The position numbers and the translations under genes are program-made. From a virus (lineage: Duplodnaviria > Heunggongvirae > Uroviricota > Caudoviricetes): a stretch of 64,000 nt of DNA. Location of the stretch: positions 39,453 to 103,452 of the IMG/VR virus record IMGVR_UViG_3300021438_000001. One strand, 5' to 3'. Below the pieces are notes generated by a model. That model was not told the DNA's origin, did no database searches, and worked only from the letters and a program-made list of their open reading frames with translations. This document shows, piece by piece, positions 1 through 8,797 of this stretch (within the stretch, counting starts at the first letter, position 1; every line of letters begins with the position of its first letter).

Positions 1-1371
1 AAATCAAAACCCGCACCCACACCCAAGCCGAGCGAGGAGGAAGAGGAGGAAGAAAAGACCCCTCCCAAGTCGAGCAAGAAACCTGAGCCTGAAGCCAAGT
101 CTGAGGAAGAAGAATCTGAAGACGAGAGCAAGGGCGGCAGCGGTAAGGGTGAAGAGGAAGAGAAAGAAGACGAGTCCGAGAAGGAGTCTGAAAAAGAACC
201 TGAAGCCGAGAAAGAACCTGAGCCGGAGTCCGAAGAGGAGCCTGAAGACGAGCCGGAAGACGAAACCGAAGCTGAGGCTGAACCCGAACCCGAACCCGAG
301 CCTGAAGAAGACGAAAGCGAAGCGGAGGCTGAGGTCAAAACCGACCCCAGTTCCTCTGAGGAGATCACGCTCGATGAATCGCAAGCCGTATGGGAGAAGC
401 TCGACAAGGACAGCGCGAACGACTTTGACGACGCCATGACCAAGATCATCTCCGACAACACTGCAAAAGTTGCGGAGAACGCCGAGTACCTGATCTTCAC
501 GAAGGACTATGACGTGATCGAGAAGCTGCCAATCGGTAGCGGCTACTCGCCCTCGATGACCAAGAGCCTGATCGAGAAGACGGAACACATGGTTGCGCCG
601 TTGCAGAAAGACCTTGAACGCGCCATCGCTGCCCGTTCAATGGCAACACGCTCTCACGGCCATCGTTCCGGTCGTCTGCATGCACCCAACCTGGCGCGTC
701 TGAAGTTCAATGACGACCGAGTGTTCAGCCGCAAGCAAGAGTCCACGAGCAAGGATGTGGCCGTCGAGCTGGTTGTTGACGCCTCTGGTTCGATGAGCGG
801 CTCCAAAATTCACACCGCAGCACAGGCTGCATTCGCGCTGTCGTCCGTACTGGATCGGATTGGCATCAAGAATGAAGTGATCTGCTTCACGACGAAGGAA
901 CTGGGCTGCTCGCCTCGTGAACTGAGTGACAGCGCCGCCAAGCTCGGGCGCAGCTACTCACGCATGGAAGGTATCTACATGCCAATTCTCAAGGGCTACG
1001 AGGAGCGCATGACCACTGACGTGAAGGAGCGTTTCGGTTGGTTGCCCAACACGCGCATCCTCCGCAGTAACGTGGACGGAGAGAGCGTGGAGATCGCAGC
1101 GCGACGACTGATGGCTCGCCGCGAGGCTGGCAAGATCATGCTGGTGCTGTCTGACGGCTACCCCGCAGCCGCAGGCAACAGCGCCGACCTGAATCGCCAC
1201 CTCAAGCAGAAGGTCAAGGAGATCGCTGCGTCTGGCGTCAACATCGTGGGCATCGGCATTCAATCGGATGCGGTGCGCCAGTTCTACCCCAAGAGTCTCG
1301 TCCTGAACACGGTCGATGACTTGCCGGCTGTGGTGATCAAGGAGCTGCGCCAGCTTCTCATCGCCCAATAA
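1..1371 (+). CDS. CobT-like von Willebrand A (vWA) domain protein, 5'-partial, with an acidic E/P/K-rich low-complexity N-region
   Basis: Frame 1 is open from nt 1 to the stop at 1369-1371; the track splits it into 149..439 (wrong frame) and 436..1371. MIDAS-like motif VVDASGSMSG is present. An (EP)n / E-K-rich tract spans nt 1-420. Sits directly upstream of a CobS-like AAA ATPase. Confidence 0.6.
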   Translation, partial: KSKPAPTPKPSEEEEEEEKTPPKSSKKPEPEAKSEEEESEDESKGGSGKGEEEEKEDESEKESEKEPEAEKEPEPESEEEPEDEPEDETEAEAEPEPEPEPEEDESEAEAEVKTDPSSSEEITLDESQAVWEKLDKDSANDFDDAMTKIISDNTAKVAENAEYLIFTKDYDVIEKLPIGSGYSPSMTKSLIEKTEHMVAPLQKDLERAIAARSMATRSHGHRSGRLHAPNLARLKFNDDRVFSRKQESTSKDVAVELVVDASGSMSGSKIHTAAQAAFALSSVLDRIGIKNEVICFTTKELGCSPRELSDSAAKLGRSYSRMEGIYMPILKGYEERMTTDVKERFGWLPNTRILRSNVDGESVEIAARRLMARREAGKIMLVLSDGYPAAAGNSADLNRHLKQKVKEIAASGVNIVGIGIQSDAVRQFYPKSLVLNTVDDLPAVVIKELRQLLIAQ

Positions 1372-1410
1372 CCAATCTCAGGCGACTTGCAAGGATAAGT
1401 CACAACTGAC

Positions 1411-1439
1411 TTGCAAGTCCTGGGGTCTGTGTCTATCAT
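1411..1439 (+). promoter_or_regulatory. sigma70-like promoter TTGCAA-N17-TATCAT, immediately 3' of the AAGTCAcaacTGACTT palindrome
   Basis: TTGCAA at 1411-1416, 17-nt spacer, TATCAT at 1434-1439; AAGGAG RBS at 1478 and ATG at 1490 follow. Confidence 0.5.
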
Positions 1440-1489
1440 TCAAACCATCGTAATCAAGTCAATTTTTGACGCTTTTAAGGAGAACCTCT

Positions 1490-2698
1490 ATGTCCGACGA
1501 CAGCAAGATCGTGTGCCAACTGTGCGGTGCTGAAACGCATGCCATCCAACTGCACATCAAGAACGATCACCCCGAAATGACCATCGAGGAGTACACGACG
1601 CGCTACCCTGACGCGCCGCTGCTCTCGAACCTTGCCAAGCGCAAGCTGGAGGAACGCGAAGCTGCAAAAGCTGCCGCCGCACCCGAAACCACCAAGGTCG
1701 AAATGGCCGGCACCGCCGCTGCGGCTGCTGCGCCCGCCAACGTCGCCGCGCTGACTGCGAAGGGCGGCGTGATGAAGAAGGCGTTCAATGAAGTGTTCAA
1801 CCTCGGTCGCCTCAAAGCTGCGCTGTCTTCGAAGGGCGAACCCATTCCGATCACGGTGCTTGCTGCCGGCGATCACGGAAGCATGGTGCCGACTCCTTCG
1901 GACAACTATGTCTACGATATTGACGAACTGAAGAACGTCATCCTGGCCCTCGAACTGAACATCCCCGCCTATGTGTGGGGCCACAAGGGTGCTGGCAAGA
2001 CTGAGCTGTTCGAGCAGATCGCCGCACGAACCAATCGCCCTGTGGTGCGTGTCCAGCACACCGTCAACACTGAAGAAAGCCACATCGTCGGTCAGTGGAC
2101 TGTGAAGGGTGGTCAGACTGAGTTCGAGCTTGGCCCGTTGCCGCTTGCGATGCAGAACGGTTGGATGTACGTGGCTGACGAATATGACTTCGCGCTGCCT
2201 TCGGTTCTCTCGGTCTATCAGGCGGTGCTTGAGGGTAAGTCACTGATGATTAAAGAGGCTGACGCCGCGAATCGTCTGATCAAGCCGCACCCGAACTTCC
2301 GCTTCTGCGCGACTGGCAACACCAACGGCTCTGGCGACGAGACTGGTCTGTATCAAGGCACCAACCTTCAGAACAGCGCCAACTACGACCGCTTCGGCAT
2401 GGTGATCCACAAGCAGTACATGAAGAAGACGGACGAAAGCAAGATTCTCCAGAACCAAGTGGGCCTCACCAAAGAGGACGCTGACAAGCTGGTGGAGTTC
2501 GCAGGACTGGTGCGCGATGCGTATGACGGAGCCAAGATCAGCGATGTGATTTCGCCTCGTACTCTGATCTATGCAGCCAAGATCGGTGTCAAGCGCGGCT
2601 CGTTCCGACAAGGCTTGACGCTCTCGTTCACCAACAAACTGTCCAAGATCGACCGCGAGGTTGTGGACGGACTGGCTCAACGCATCTTCGGCGCGTAA
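1490..2698 (+). CDS. CobS-like AAA+ (MoxR-family) ATPase
   Basis: Walker A GHKGAGKTE. N-terminal C-x2-C...H-x5-H motif (KIVCQLCGAETHAIQLHIKNDHP) typical of phage CobS homologues. AAGGAG RBS 1478-1483; start trimmed from the track start at 1466. Confidence 0.7.
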   Translation: MSDDSKIVCQLCGAETHAIQLHIKNDHPEMTIEEYTTRYPDAPLLSNLAKRKLEEREAAKAAAAPETTKVEMAGTAAAAAAPANVAALTAKGGVMKKAFNEVFNLGRLKAALSSKGEPIPITVLAAGDHGSMVPTPSDNYVYDIDELKNVILALELNIPAYVWGHKGAGKTELFEQIAARTNRPVVRVQHTVNTEESHIVGQWTVKGGQTEFELGPLPLAMQNGWMYVADEYDFALPSVLSVYQAVLEGKSLMIKEADAANRLIKPHPNFRFCATGNTNGSGDETGLYQGTNLQNSANYDRFGMVIHKQYMKKTDESKILQNQVGLTKEDADKLVEFAGLVRDAYDGAKISDVISPRTLIYAAKIGVKRGSFRQGLTLSFTNKLSKIDREVVDGLAQRIFGA

Positions 2699-2701
2699 GC
2701 C

Positions 2702-3352
2702 ATGAACGTCGCCCAGTATTACAACGAGAACGTGGGCCTCGTCCACGCCGTCACGAAGAAGGGCTTCGCTCGTCTTCAGAAGGCGGGCGTGGCGATGGAC
2801 TATGAAGACGTGTTTCAGGAGATGTCTGTCGTCTTCGTGAAAGCGTGTGAGGGCTTTCAAGCCGACAAAGGCTTTAAGTTCAGCACGTACTTCTTCATTG
2901 CCGCGCAGAACAAGTTGGCGAGCTGGACGAAGAAGATCATCGAGGAGCGCCTTGTCCACAAGGTTGTGAGCATCGAGGAGATGAACCACAACCACGGTGG
3001 CGAGGAGCTTGACCTCGAAAGCATCCTTCCAGGCGACCGCACAACGCCGGAAGACATTGCAAGCGCCAAGCAGTGTGTCGCAGACCTGGCGAAGTCACTC
3101 TCGCCAGTCGCGGCGCAGATCATCGAGTGGATGGTCGAACCCCCGCAAGCTCTGCTGGATGAGTTCAACCGACTGGAAGCTCACGCTGCGTTCGCCCGAA
3201 GCATTGGCTTCGAGCAGCGGTTCAGCGCCCAACTGTCACCGCGCTATGTGGGGCAGTTCTTGGTTCTGTTGGGTGTCAGTGACACTCAAGTCAAATCTGC
3301 CTTGCGTGAGATCAAGTCCTACGCGCAGAACCAAATTGGCAAGTTTTTCTGA
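2702..3352 (+). CDS. sigma-factor-like protein (region-2-like segment)
   Basis: Segment FKFSTYFFIAAQNKLASW resembles sigma70 region 2.2-2.3; translationally coupled to the CobS-like stop. Confidence 0.35.
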   Translation: MNVAQYYNENVGLVHAVTKKGFARLQKAGVAMDYEDVFQEMSVVFVKACEGFQADKGFKFSTYFFIAAQNKLASWTKKIIEERLVHKVVSIEEMNHNHGGEELDLESILPGDRTTPEDIASAKQCVADLAKSLSPVAAQIIEWMVEPPQALLDEFNRLEAHAAFARSIGFEQRFSAQLSPRYVGQFLVLLGVSDTQVKSALREIKSYAQNQIGKFF

Positions 3353-3361
3353 AAGGTAAGT

Positions 3362-4048
3362 ATGGAACTGTTTGAAGGCACACGCGCACCTGAGAACGCA
3401 CCGGCATGTTTCGCCGCACCGAGCATCTTCAGCCGTGATTCGCACGTCTGTCAGGGATGCCCAACCTTCACCCAATGCGCTGACGCTTCGGTGGCTGCGC
3501 TACAAGAACTGCGCAAGATGATTGACGTGAGCGACCTGATGGTTCGCCACTCACGAGCGCGAGAAGTCGCATTGGGGCCAAGCATCAACAAAGCGGCAGA
3601 GACGCCTTCGAATCTGAAGTTTCTCCCCTCGCTCAAGCCGCCTTCGTCGCCCATCACGCGCAAGGTACGCGAGGAGAAGTCGGCATTTGCCATCGACGCC
3701 GACATCCAGACGGTGATCGACGGATTGAACAAGAACCCCGCCACGCTGGTCAAGCGTCTCGCCAAAGCTGGTGTCATCGGACTGGTGCGCGAAGAACTCG
3801 CCGCTGGTCGCAACCCGCTCCAATACGACAAGTGGACTTGGGTAAGCATCGCTTGCGAGAAGCTGACGCAAGGCGGGTTCACAAAACAATCGCTGGTCAT
3901 GGCTTATATGACTAAGCTCGGTTGGAAAGAATCGACCGCCCAATCGCACTTCGTCATCATCACGCCCGCCTTCAAAGCGTTGGGAATCATTGAGGAGACT
4001 GAAGGTAAGTGTGTTGTGAATCCTGCATTGCGTCACGACAATGTATGA
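3362..4048 (+). CDS. hypothetical protein (Cys cluster HVCQGCPTFTQC)
   Basis: 228-aa ORF; RBS AAAGGTAAG before the ATG. Confidence 0.5.
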   Translation: MELFEGTRAPENAPACFAAPSIFSRDSHVCQGCPTFTQCADASVAALQELRKMIDVSDLMVRHSRAREVALGPSINKAAETPSNLKFLPSLKPPSSPITRKVREEKSAFAIDADIQTVIDGLNKNPATLVKRLAKAGVIGLVREELAAGRNPLQYDKWTWVSIACEKLTQGGFTKQSLVMAYMTKLGWKESTAQSHFVIITPAFKALGIIEETEGKCVVNPALRHDNV

Positions 4049-4310
4049 GTACCGCACAACAACCTATTGGAGCGCGACGCTGCCCGATCCACTCACGCCA
4101 CCGGCCCCTGGCTTTCGATTGCGTGATTTTAAGGCGGTAACAACCTCTGAATCGGAATCGCACACGGTAGTGGATAGGATCAGCTCAATTGCCAATTCAA
4201 GTGGCGTCTATTCGGGCATCAATATCCCCTACACGCAAAGCGTCATGAAGAGCAAGACGATTCAGTGGGTGGTCTTGTGGGAAAAATATGTAGAACAGGA
4301 GAATGAATGA
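4041..4310 (+). CDS. hypothetical small protein
   Basis: 89-aa ORF; ATGA overlap with the dnaE start. Confidence 0.25.
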   Translation: MYEYRTTTYWSATLPDPLTPPAPGFRLRDFKAVTTSESESHTVVDRISSIANSSGVYSGINIPYTQSVMKSKTIQWVVLWEKYVEQENE

Positions 4311-7300
4311 ACTTGAATCACATGATGGCAGCGAGGTCTGACTTCAGCATTGGCGAATCAATGCTCCAGATCGAACACCTCGTTGCCGACGCAAAGGAGA
4401 AGGGCTATGAGTCCATCACGCTGATGGATACAATGTCACTGCACGGCATGGTGGACTTCACCAACCGCTGCAAGAAAGCAGGCATCAAGCCGATTATCGG
4501 CTGCCGCATTCGTGTCTACGAAGACCCCACCTACCGCAAGCCGAGCAAGGCAAGCGGTGAGCGCGAGAAGCCCAACCCGAGCTTTGGACTGAAGGTCTAC
4601 ATCAAGACTGAAGCCGGCGTCCACGCGCTGATGAAGCTGCTGTCCAAAGGCTTCACCAACGAGTACTTCTACTATCACGCCAGGGTAGGGCTGGCAGATG
4701 TGCTGACGCTCGGCGCTGATGATGTGGCGGTTTCGACTGGCGACCTGTTCAGCATCTGGCACCTCGAACCGACAGTCGTCCAGAACACCATTGAACAGCT
4801 TCAGAGCCACTTCGGTGCGGCCAACGTCTTCGCTGAGTTGTCCCCGATCAACACGCCCCTGTTCGACACGCTCAACGCAAAGGCGATCACCGCAGCTCGT
4901 GCGAACGCCATGCCGCTGCTGGTGACTTACCCCACCTTCTACCGCGATGCAGATGCTGCGGATAGCCTTGAGGTGCTGAACTGCATTACCTCGAACACCA
5001 AAATGGAAGCCGCCTGGCGCCCCATTCAATTCGTCAAAGACTTCTACATTCACGAGCCGAACAAGCTGGTGGAGCGCATCAAGGGCGCAAGCAAGCGGCT
5101 CGCTGAGTTCTCCGCCACCGCAGATGCAAAGGCGTGGGTTGAAGGGCTGTCCAATGTCGAGAAGCTGGTTGAAGACTGCTCGTTCCAGTTTGCCAAGCTG
5201 CCGGTGTCGCTGCCCAAGATGGCCGACAACGAGTTCTTGGCGCTCGGTAAGAAGTGCATCGAGGGCTGGAAGCGCCGCTTCGAGAACCCCGTTCTCGGTC
5301 ACAAGCCCAATGCGGCTGAACTGAAGGTCTACCAAGAGCGGCTGAACTACGAGCTTGGCGTTCTTAAGAAGATGGGCTTCGCAGGCTACTTCTTGCTCGT
5401 GGAAGACCTCGTGATGTGGGCAAAGAAGAACAACATCATCGTTGGCCCAGGTCGTGGTTCGGTGGGTGGTTCGCTGGTCGCCTACCTGATCGGCATCACA
5501 GACGTTGACCCCATCCGATTCGACCTCCTGTTCGAGCGTTTTATCAACCCCGAACGTCTTGACTTGCCAGATGCTGACTTGGACTTCATGTCTTCGAAGC
5601 GCCATCTGGTGATCGAGTACTTGACGGCAAAGTACGGTCTGGATCGCGTTGCAGGCATTTCGAACTACTCGACGCTTGCGAGTGCCTCCGCGCTGCGTGA
5701 CAGTGGTCGCATGTACGGTCTGAATGGCATCGAGCTGACCGCTACCAAACTTGTCCCCAAAGAACACGGTCAATCGTTTTCACTGACCGATGCAGCGAAG
5801 GCTGTACCTGAGATCGACCTGTTCAGGAACGAACATCCGGAAATCTGGAAGCATGCCTTGAACCTCGAAGGGGCAATGCGAGCGTTCGGTCGCCACGCCG
5901 CTGGCGTGGTCGTCGCTGGTGAGCCGCTGGTCAACCGTGCCGTCGTGGAGACGCGAGGGGATGACGCATCGCCAATCGTGTCTTGGGACAAGCGAGTGGT
6001 TGAAGACTGGGGCTTGGTCAAGATGGATATTCTGGGCCTCTCCACGCTCGACGTGCTGGAGATCGCCCGTCAGTACATCAACGACCGTCACGGCGTTGCC
6101 ATTGACTACATGCAACTGCCGCTTGAAGAGACGGACATTATGGAAGCCTTCGGTCGTGGTGACACAACCGGCGTCTTCCAGTTCGAATCGCCAGGCATGA
6201 AGAAGCTGCTCCGTGACCTTGCTGTCGGCGGTACGCTGACCTTCGAGGACATTACCGCTGCGACTGCTCTGTATCGTCCAGGCCCGATGGACTCAGGTCT
6301 GATGGACGACTACGTTGCGATCAAGCAAGGGGTGAAGTCGCCGTACTACGACCACCCCAACATGGAACCCGCGCTTCGCTCCACCAACGGCGTGATCGTC
6401 TATCAGGAGCAGGTGATGCAGGTGGCGGTCGATCTTGCTGGCTTCACTCGCGCAGAAGCCGACCATCTGCGTAAAGCGATGGGCAAGAAAGACAAAGACA
6501 AGATGGCGGAAATGCGCCAGAAGTGGATCGACGGCTGTCTCGCCACGTCCGGACTCGATGACCGCACCGCCGGCAACATCTTCGATAAGATCGAAGCCTT
6601 CGCAGGTTACGGTTTCAACAGAAGCCACGCCGTTGAGTATTCCATCATCAGCTACTGGACGATGTGGGTGCGAGTGCGCTACCCCGCCGAGTACTTCGCC
6701 GCCTGTATGTCGATTGTGGACGAAGAGAAGCTGCCAGGGCTGGTGTCGGACGCTCGGGAGTACAAGATTCAGGTGATGCCACCTGATCTGAACACGTCCT
6801 CGCATCGGTACACCATCCCAGACGACAAGACCATCTTGGCACCGTTCTCTGCGGTCAAGGGCATCAGCGAGAACACCGCCTTGCGTATCGTTGAACTGCG
6901 AGAGCGCAACCGCACTTGGAAGCTGGAGCGCGTGAAGAAGAAGCGTGACGGCACGACGGAGAACATCTACGAGCTGGATGAGACTTCGCCGGTCAAGGGG
7001 CGCTTCGACTCGCCTGATGAGTTCGTGATGGCTGCCGCGCAGCCAGGCTCGAAGGTGAACAGCAAGGTGGTGGAGAACCTGCGTCTCGTGGGTGCGTTTG
7101 CAGCCATTGACCCCGCAGAGCTGTCACCGCTGCACTTCAGCCGCCGCAAAGCCCAGATGGAGCTTCTGCCTGGACTGATCATTGACGATGTGAAGGCTGA
7201 CCGCACGACCGATCTGAGCGCCGGCTTCGTCCGCACCAAGATCATCGAGGTGGTTCAGGACTACAAGAAGTGCAGTGGCTGCACTCTGGCTGGCGAACCA

Positions 7301-7777
7301 CATCCGAGCATTCGCTGCAAGACGAACGTCCGCTTCATGGTGGTGTCCGACTGTCCGACCTGGCAGGAGGAGAAGAAAGACAAGCTGCTCGAAGGCGACT
7401 CGGCTCAGTACATCAAGCAGGCGATCAAAGACGCCGGCCTGTCAGTGACTGACGGCTACTACACCACGCTGGTCAAGGCGAAGAAGAGCGACAAGTTCTT
7501 GGCGAACGAACAGATCAACGGCTGTGCCAAGTTCATCGACCGCGAGCTGGAGCTGATCAAGCCTGCGATCATCGTTGCGCTCGGTTCGGCCACGATCAAG
7601 AAGTTCTTGCCGTCCATCAAGGGCGGAACCGCTGAGTTGGCCGGCAAGTCGTTCTACGACCCCAAGCTCGATGCCACGATTGTCTGTGGCATCAACGCGC
7701 AGCAGATTGGCTTCGATCCGACCAAGCAAGACGTTTTGGATGAGGTGTTCCGCAAAGTCGCCGACATTCTCGCCTAA
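4307..7777 (+). CDS. dnaE: DNA polymerase III alpha subunit (DnaE-type replicase) with a C-terminal family-4 UDG-like domain
   Basis: PHP domain at the N-terminus. Core motif GFAGYFLLVEDLVMWAKKNNIIVGPGRGSVGGSLVAYLIGITDVDPIRFDLLFERFINPER. The last ~170 aa (from CSGCTLAGEPHP ... KPAIIVALGSATIKKF) match the family-4 uracil-DNA glycosylase fold pattern. Confidence 0.9.
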   Translation: MNLNHMMAARSDFSIGESMLQIEHLVADAKEKGYESITLMDTMSLHGMVDFTNRCKKAGIKPIIGCRIRVYEDPTYRKPSKASGEREKPNPSFGLKVYIKTEAGVHALMKLLSKGFTNEYFYYHARVGLADVLTLGADDVAVSTGDLFSIWHLEPTVVQNTIEQLQSHFGAANVFAELSPINTPLFDTLNAKAITAARANAMPLLVTYPTFYRDADAADSLEVLNCITSNTKMEAAWRPIQFVKDFYIHEPNKLVERIKGASKRLAEFSATADAKAWVEGLSNVEKLVEDCSFQFAKLPVSLPKMADNEFLALGKKCIEGWKRRFENPVLGHKPNAAELKVYQERLNYELGVLKKMGFAGYFLLVEDLVMWAKKNNIIVGPGRGSVGGSLVAYLIGITDVDPIRFDLLFERFINPERLDLPDADLDFMSSKRHLVIEYLTAKYGLDRVAGISNYSTLASASALRDSGRMYGLNGIELTATKLVPKEHGQSFSLTDAAKAVPEIDLFRNEHPEIWKHALNLEGAMRAFGRHAAGVVVAGEPLVNRAVVETRGDDASPIVSWDKRVVEDWGLVKMDILGLSTLDVLEIARQYINDRHGVAIDYMQLPLEETDIMEAFGRGDTTGVFQFESPGMKKLLRDLAVGGTLTFEDITAATALYRPGPMDSGLMDDYVAIKQGVKSPYYDHPNMEPALRSTNGVIVYQEQVMQVAVDLAGFTRAEADHLRKAMGKKDKDKMAEMRQKWIDGCLATSGLDDRTAGNIFDKIEAFAGYGFNRSHAVEYSIISYWTMWVRVRYPAEYFAACMSIVDEEKLPGLVSDAREYKIQVMPPDLNTSSHRYTIPDDKTILAPFSAVKGISENTALRIVELRERNRTWKLERVKKKRDGTTENIYELDETSPVKGRFDSPDEFVMAAAQPGSKVNSKVVENLRLVGAFAAIDPAELSPLHFSRRKAQMELLPGLIIDDVKADRTTDLSAGFVRTKIIEVVQDYKKCSGCTLAGEPHPSIRCKTNVRFMVVSDCPTWQEEKKDKLLEGDSAQYIKQAIKDAGLSVTDGYYTTLVKAKKSDKFLANEQINGCAKFIDRELELIKPAIIVALGSATIKKFLPSIKGGTAELAGKSFYDPKLDATIVCGINAQQIGFDPTKQDVLDEVFRKVADILA

Positions 7778-7796
7778 CGAATAAGTCATAACTGAC

Positions 7797-7825
7797 TTGT
7801 AACCCCTGTTTCACGACACTAACAT
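7797..7825 (+). promoter_or_regulatory. sigma70-like promoter TTGTAA-N17-TAACAT, 3' of the AAGTCAtaacTGACTT palindrome
   Basis: Same architecture as the promoter at 1411; GAAGGAG RBS at 7847 and ATG at 7861 follow. Confidence 0.45.
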
Positions 7826-7860
7826 CAACACGTACACCGAATTTTTTGAAGGAGAAATCA

Positions 7861-8694
7861 ATGTCGAACCCTGAGATCGCAGTTGAAGACGCGGAACTTG
7901 CCGCGCTGATGGACGAGCTGGAGGCAGAGAACGAGAAGATCGTTGCTGCCGCCAAGACTGCCGAACCTGAAGCGCCTGTCGCGGTCGCTGCTGCCGAACC
8001 CGAACCCGAACCCGAACCCGAACCGGAACCCGAACCTGAGCCTGAGCCTGTCGCGGTCGCCGAGAAGCTGCCAGACCCTGCGCCCGAACCCGCAAAGGTC
8101 GCCGCCAGCAAGCCGCGCCCCACGCCTGAAGTGGTGCAAGAACCGTCTGACGAGACTGAAGCCATCAGCTTCTCGGCCGATGTGCCCACGACCACGAAAG
8201 CCAAGCTGAACTTCTCCATCGACGTGGTGCAGTTCAACAAGGACACCAAGCTGACCGAAGCCACGCTCGACGCTTGCATGATCGAGCAATCCGGTCTGCG
8301 AGCCTATTACGGTGCCCAGGCTGCGAACGCTGAAGCCCAACACGCTCGTCTGAAGGCGCGTTTTGAGGTTCTCGAAGCCAAGCTCTACGACGAGGCTCGC
8401 AAGTCTCTGGCTGCATCCGGCGAGAAGACCACCGAGAAGATGGTGGAGAACGCTGTGAAGCTGAACCCGCGCTGGATCGCTGGCAAGAATGCCGTGATCG
8501 AAGCCGAAACCATCGCAGCCGTCAACAAGTCGTTGGTTGCCTCTCTGGGCGACCGCCGCGACATGATGATTCAGCTCGGTGCCGACCGCCGCGAAGAGTA
8601 CAAGGGCGCTGCTCGTGTGCTGGCGGAAAAAGACGCTGCCGCATCCCTGAAAGACCGCGCACAGGCGGCCTTCCAGAATCGCAGCGTTCAATGA
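7861..8694 (+). CDS. acidic (EP)n-repeat protein, hypothetical
   Basis: 11 consecutive Glu-Pro repeats (nt ~7996-8061), pI-acidic N half, coiled-coil-like C half; start trimmed to the ATG with RBS GAAGGAG. Confidence 0.55.
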   Translation: MSNPEIAVEDAELAALMDELEAENEKIVAAAKTAEPEAPVAVAAAEPEPEPEPEPEPEPEPEPVAVAEKLPDPAPEPAKVAASKPRPTPEVVQEPSDETEAISFSADVPTTTKAKLNFSIDVVQFNKDTKLTEATLDACMIEQSGLRAYYGAQAANAEAQHARLKARFEVLEAKLYDEARKSLAASGEKTTEKMVENAVKLNPRWIAGKNAVIEAETIAAVNKSLVASLGDRRDMMIQLGADRREEYKGAARVLAEKDAAASLKDRAQAAFQNRSVQ

Positions 8695-8705
8695 TACGAA
8701 CGGGA

Positions 8706-8735
8706 ATGACAGATAAGTCATTCCTGACGTATAAT
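8706..8735 (+). promoter_or_regulatory. sigma70-like promoter ATGACA-N18-TATAAT whose spacer contains ATAAGTCAttccTGAC
   Basis: -35 at 8706-8711, -10 TATAAT at 8730-8735; upstream of the gp32-like gene. Confidence 0.5.
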
Positions 8736-8797
8736 GATTGTGCTGAACGACGAAAGTCTAAAGGCACTTACTAACTCAAACCTCGAAGGAAACCTAA

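Noticed and set aside
149-439. Track ORF 149..439 (+) translating to K/R/S/P-rich repeats
   Set aside because: This is the wrong frame of the (EP)n/E-K-rich repeat region; frame 1 is continuous from nt 1 into the vWA protein ending at 1371.
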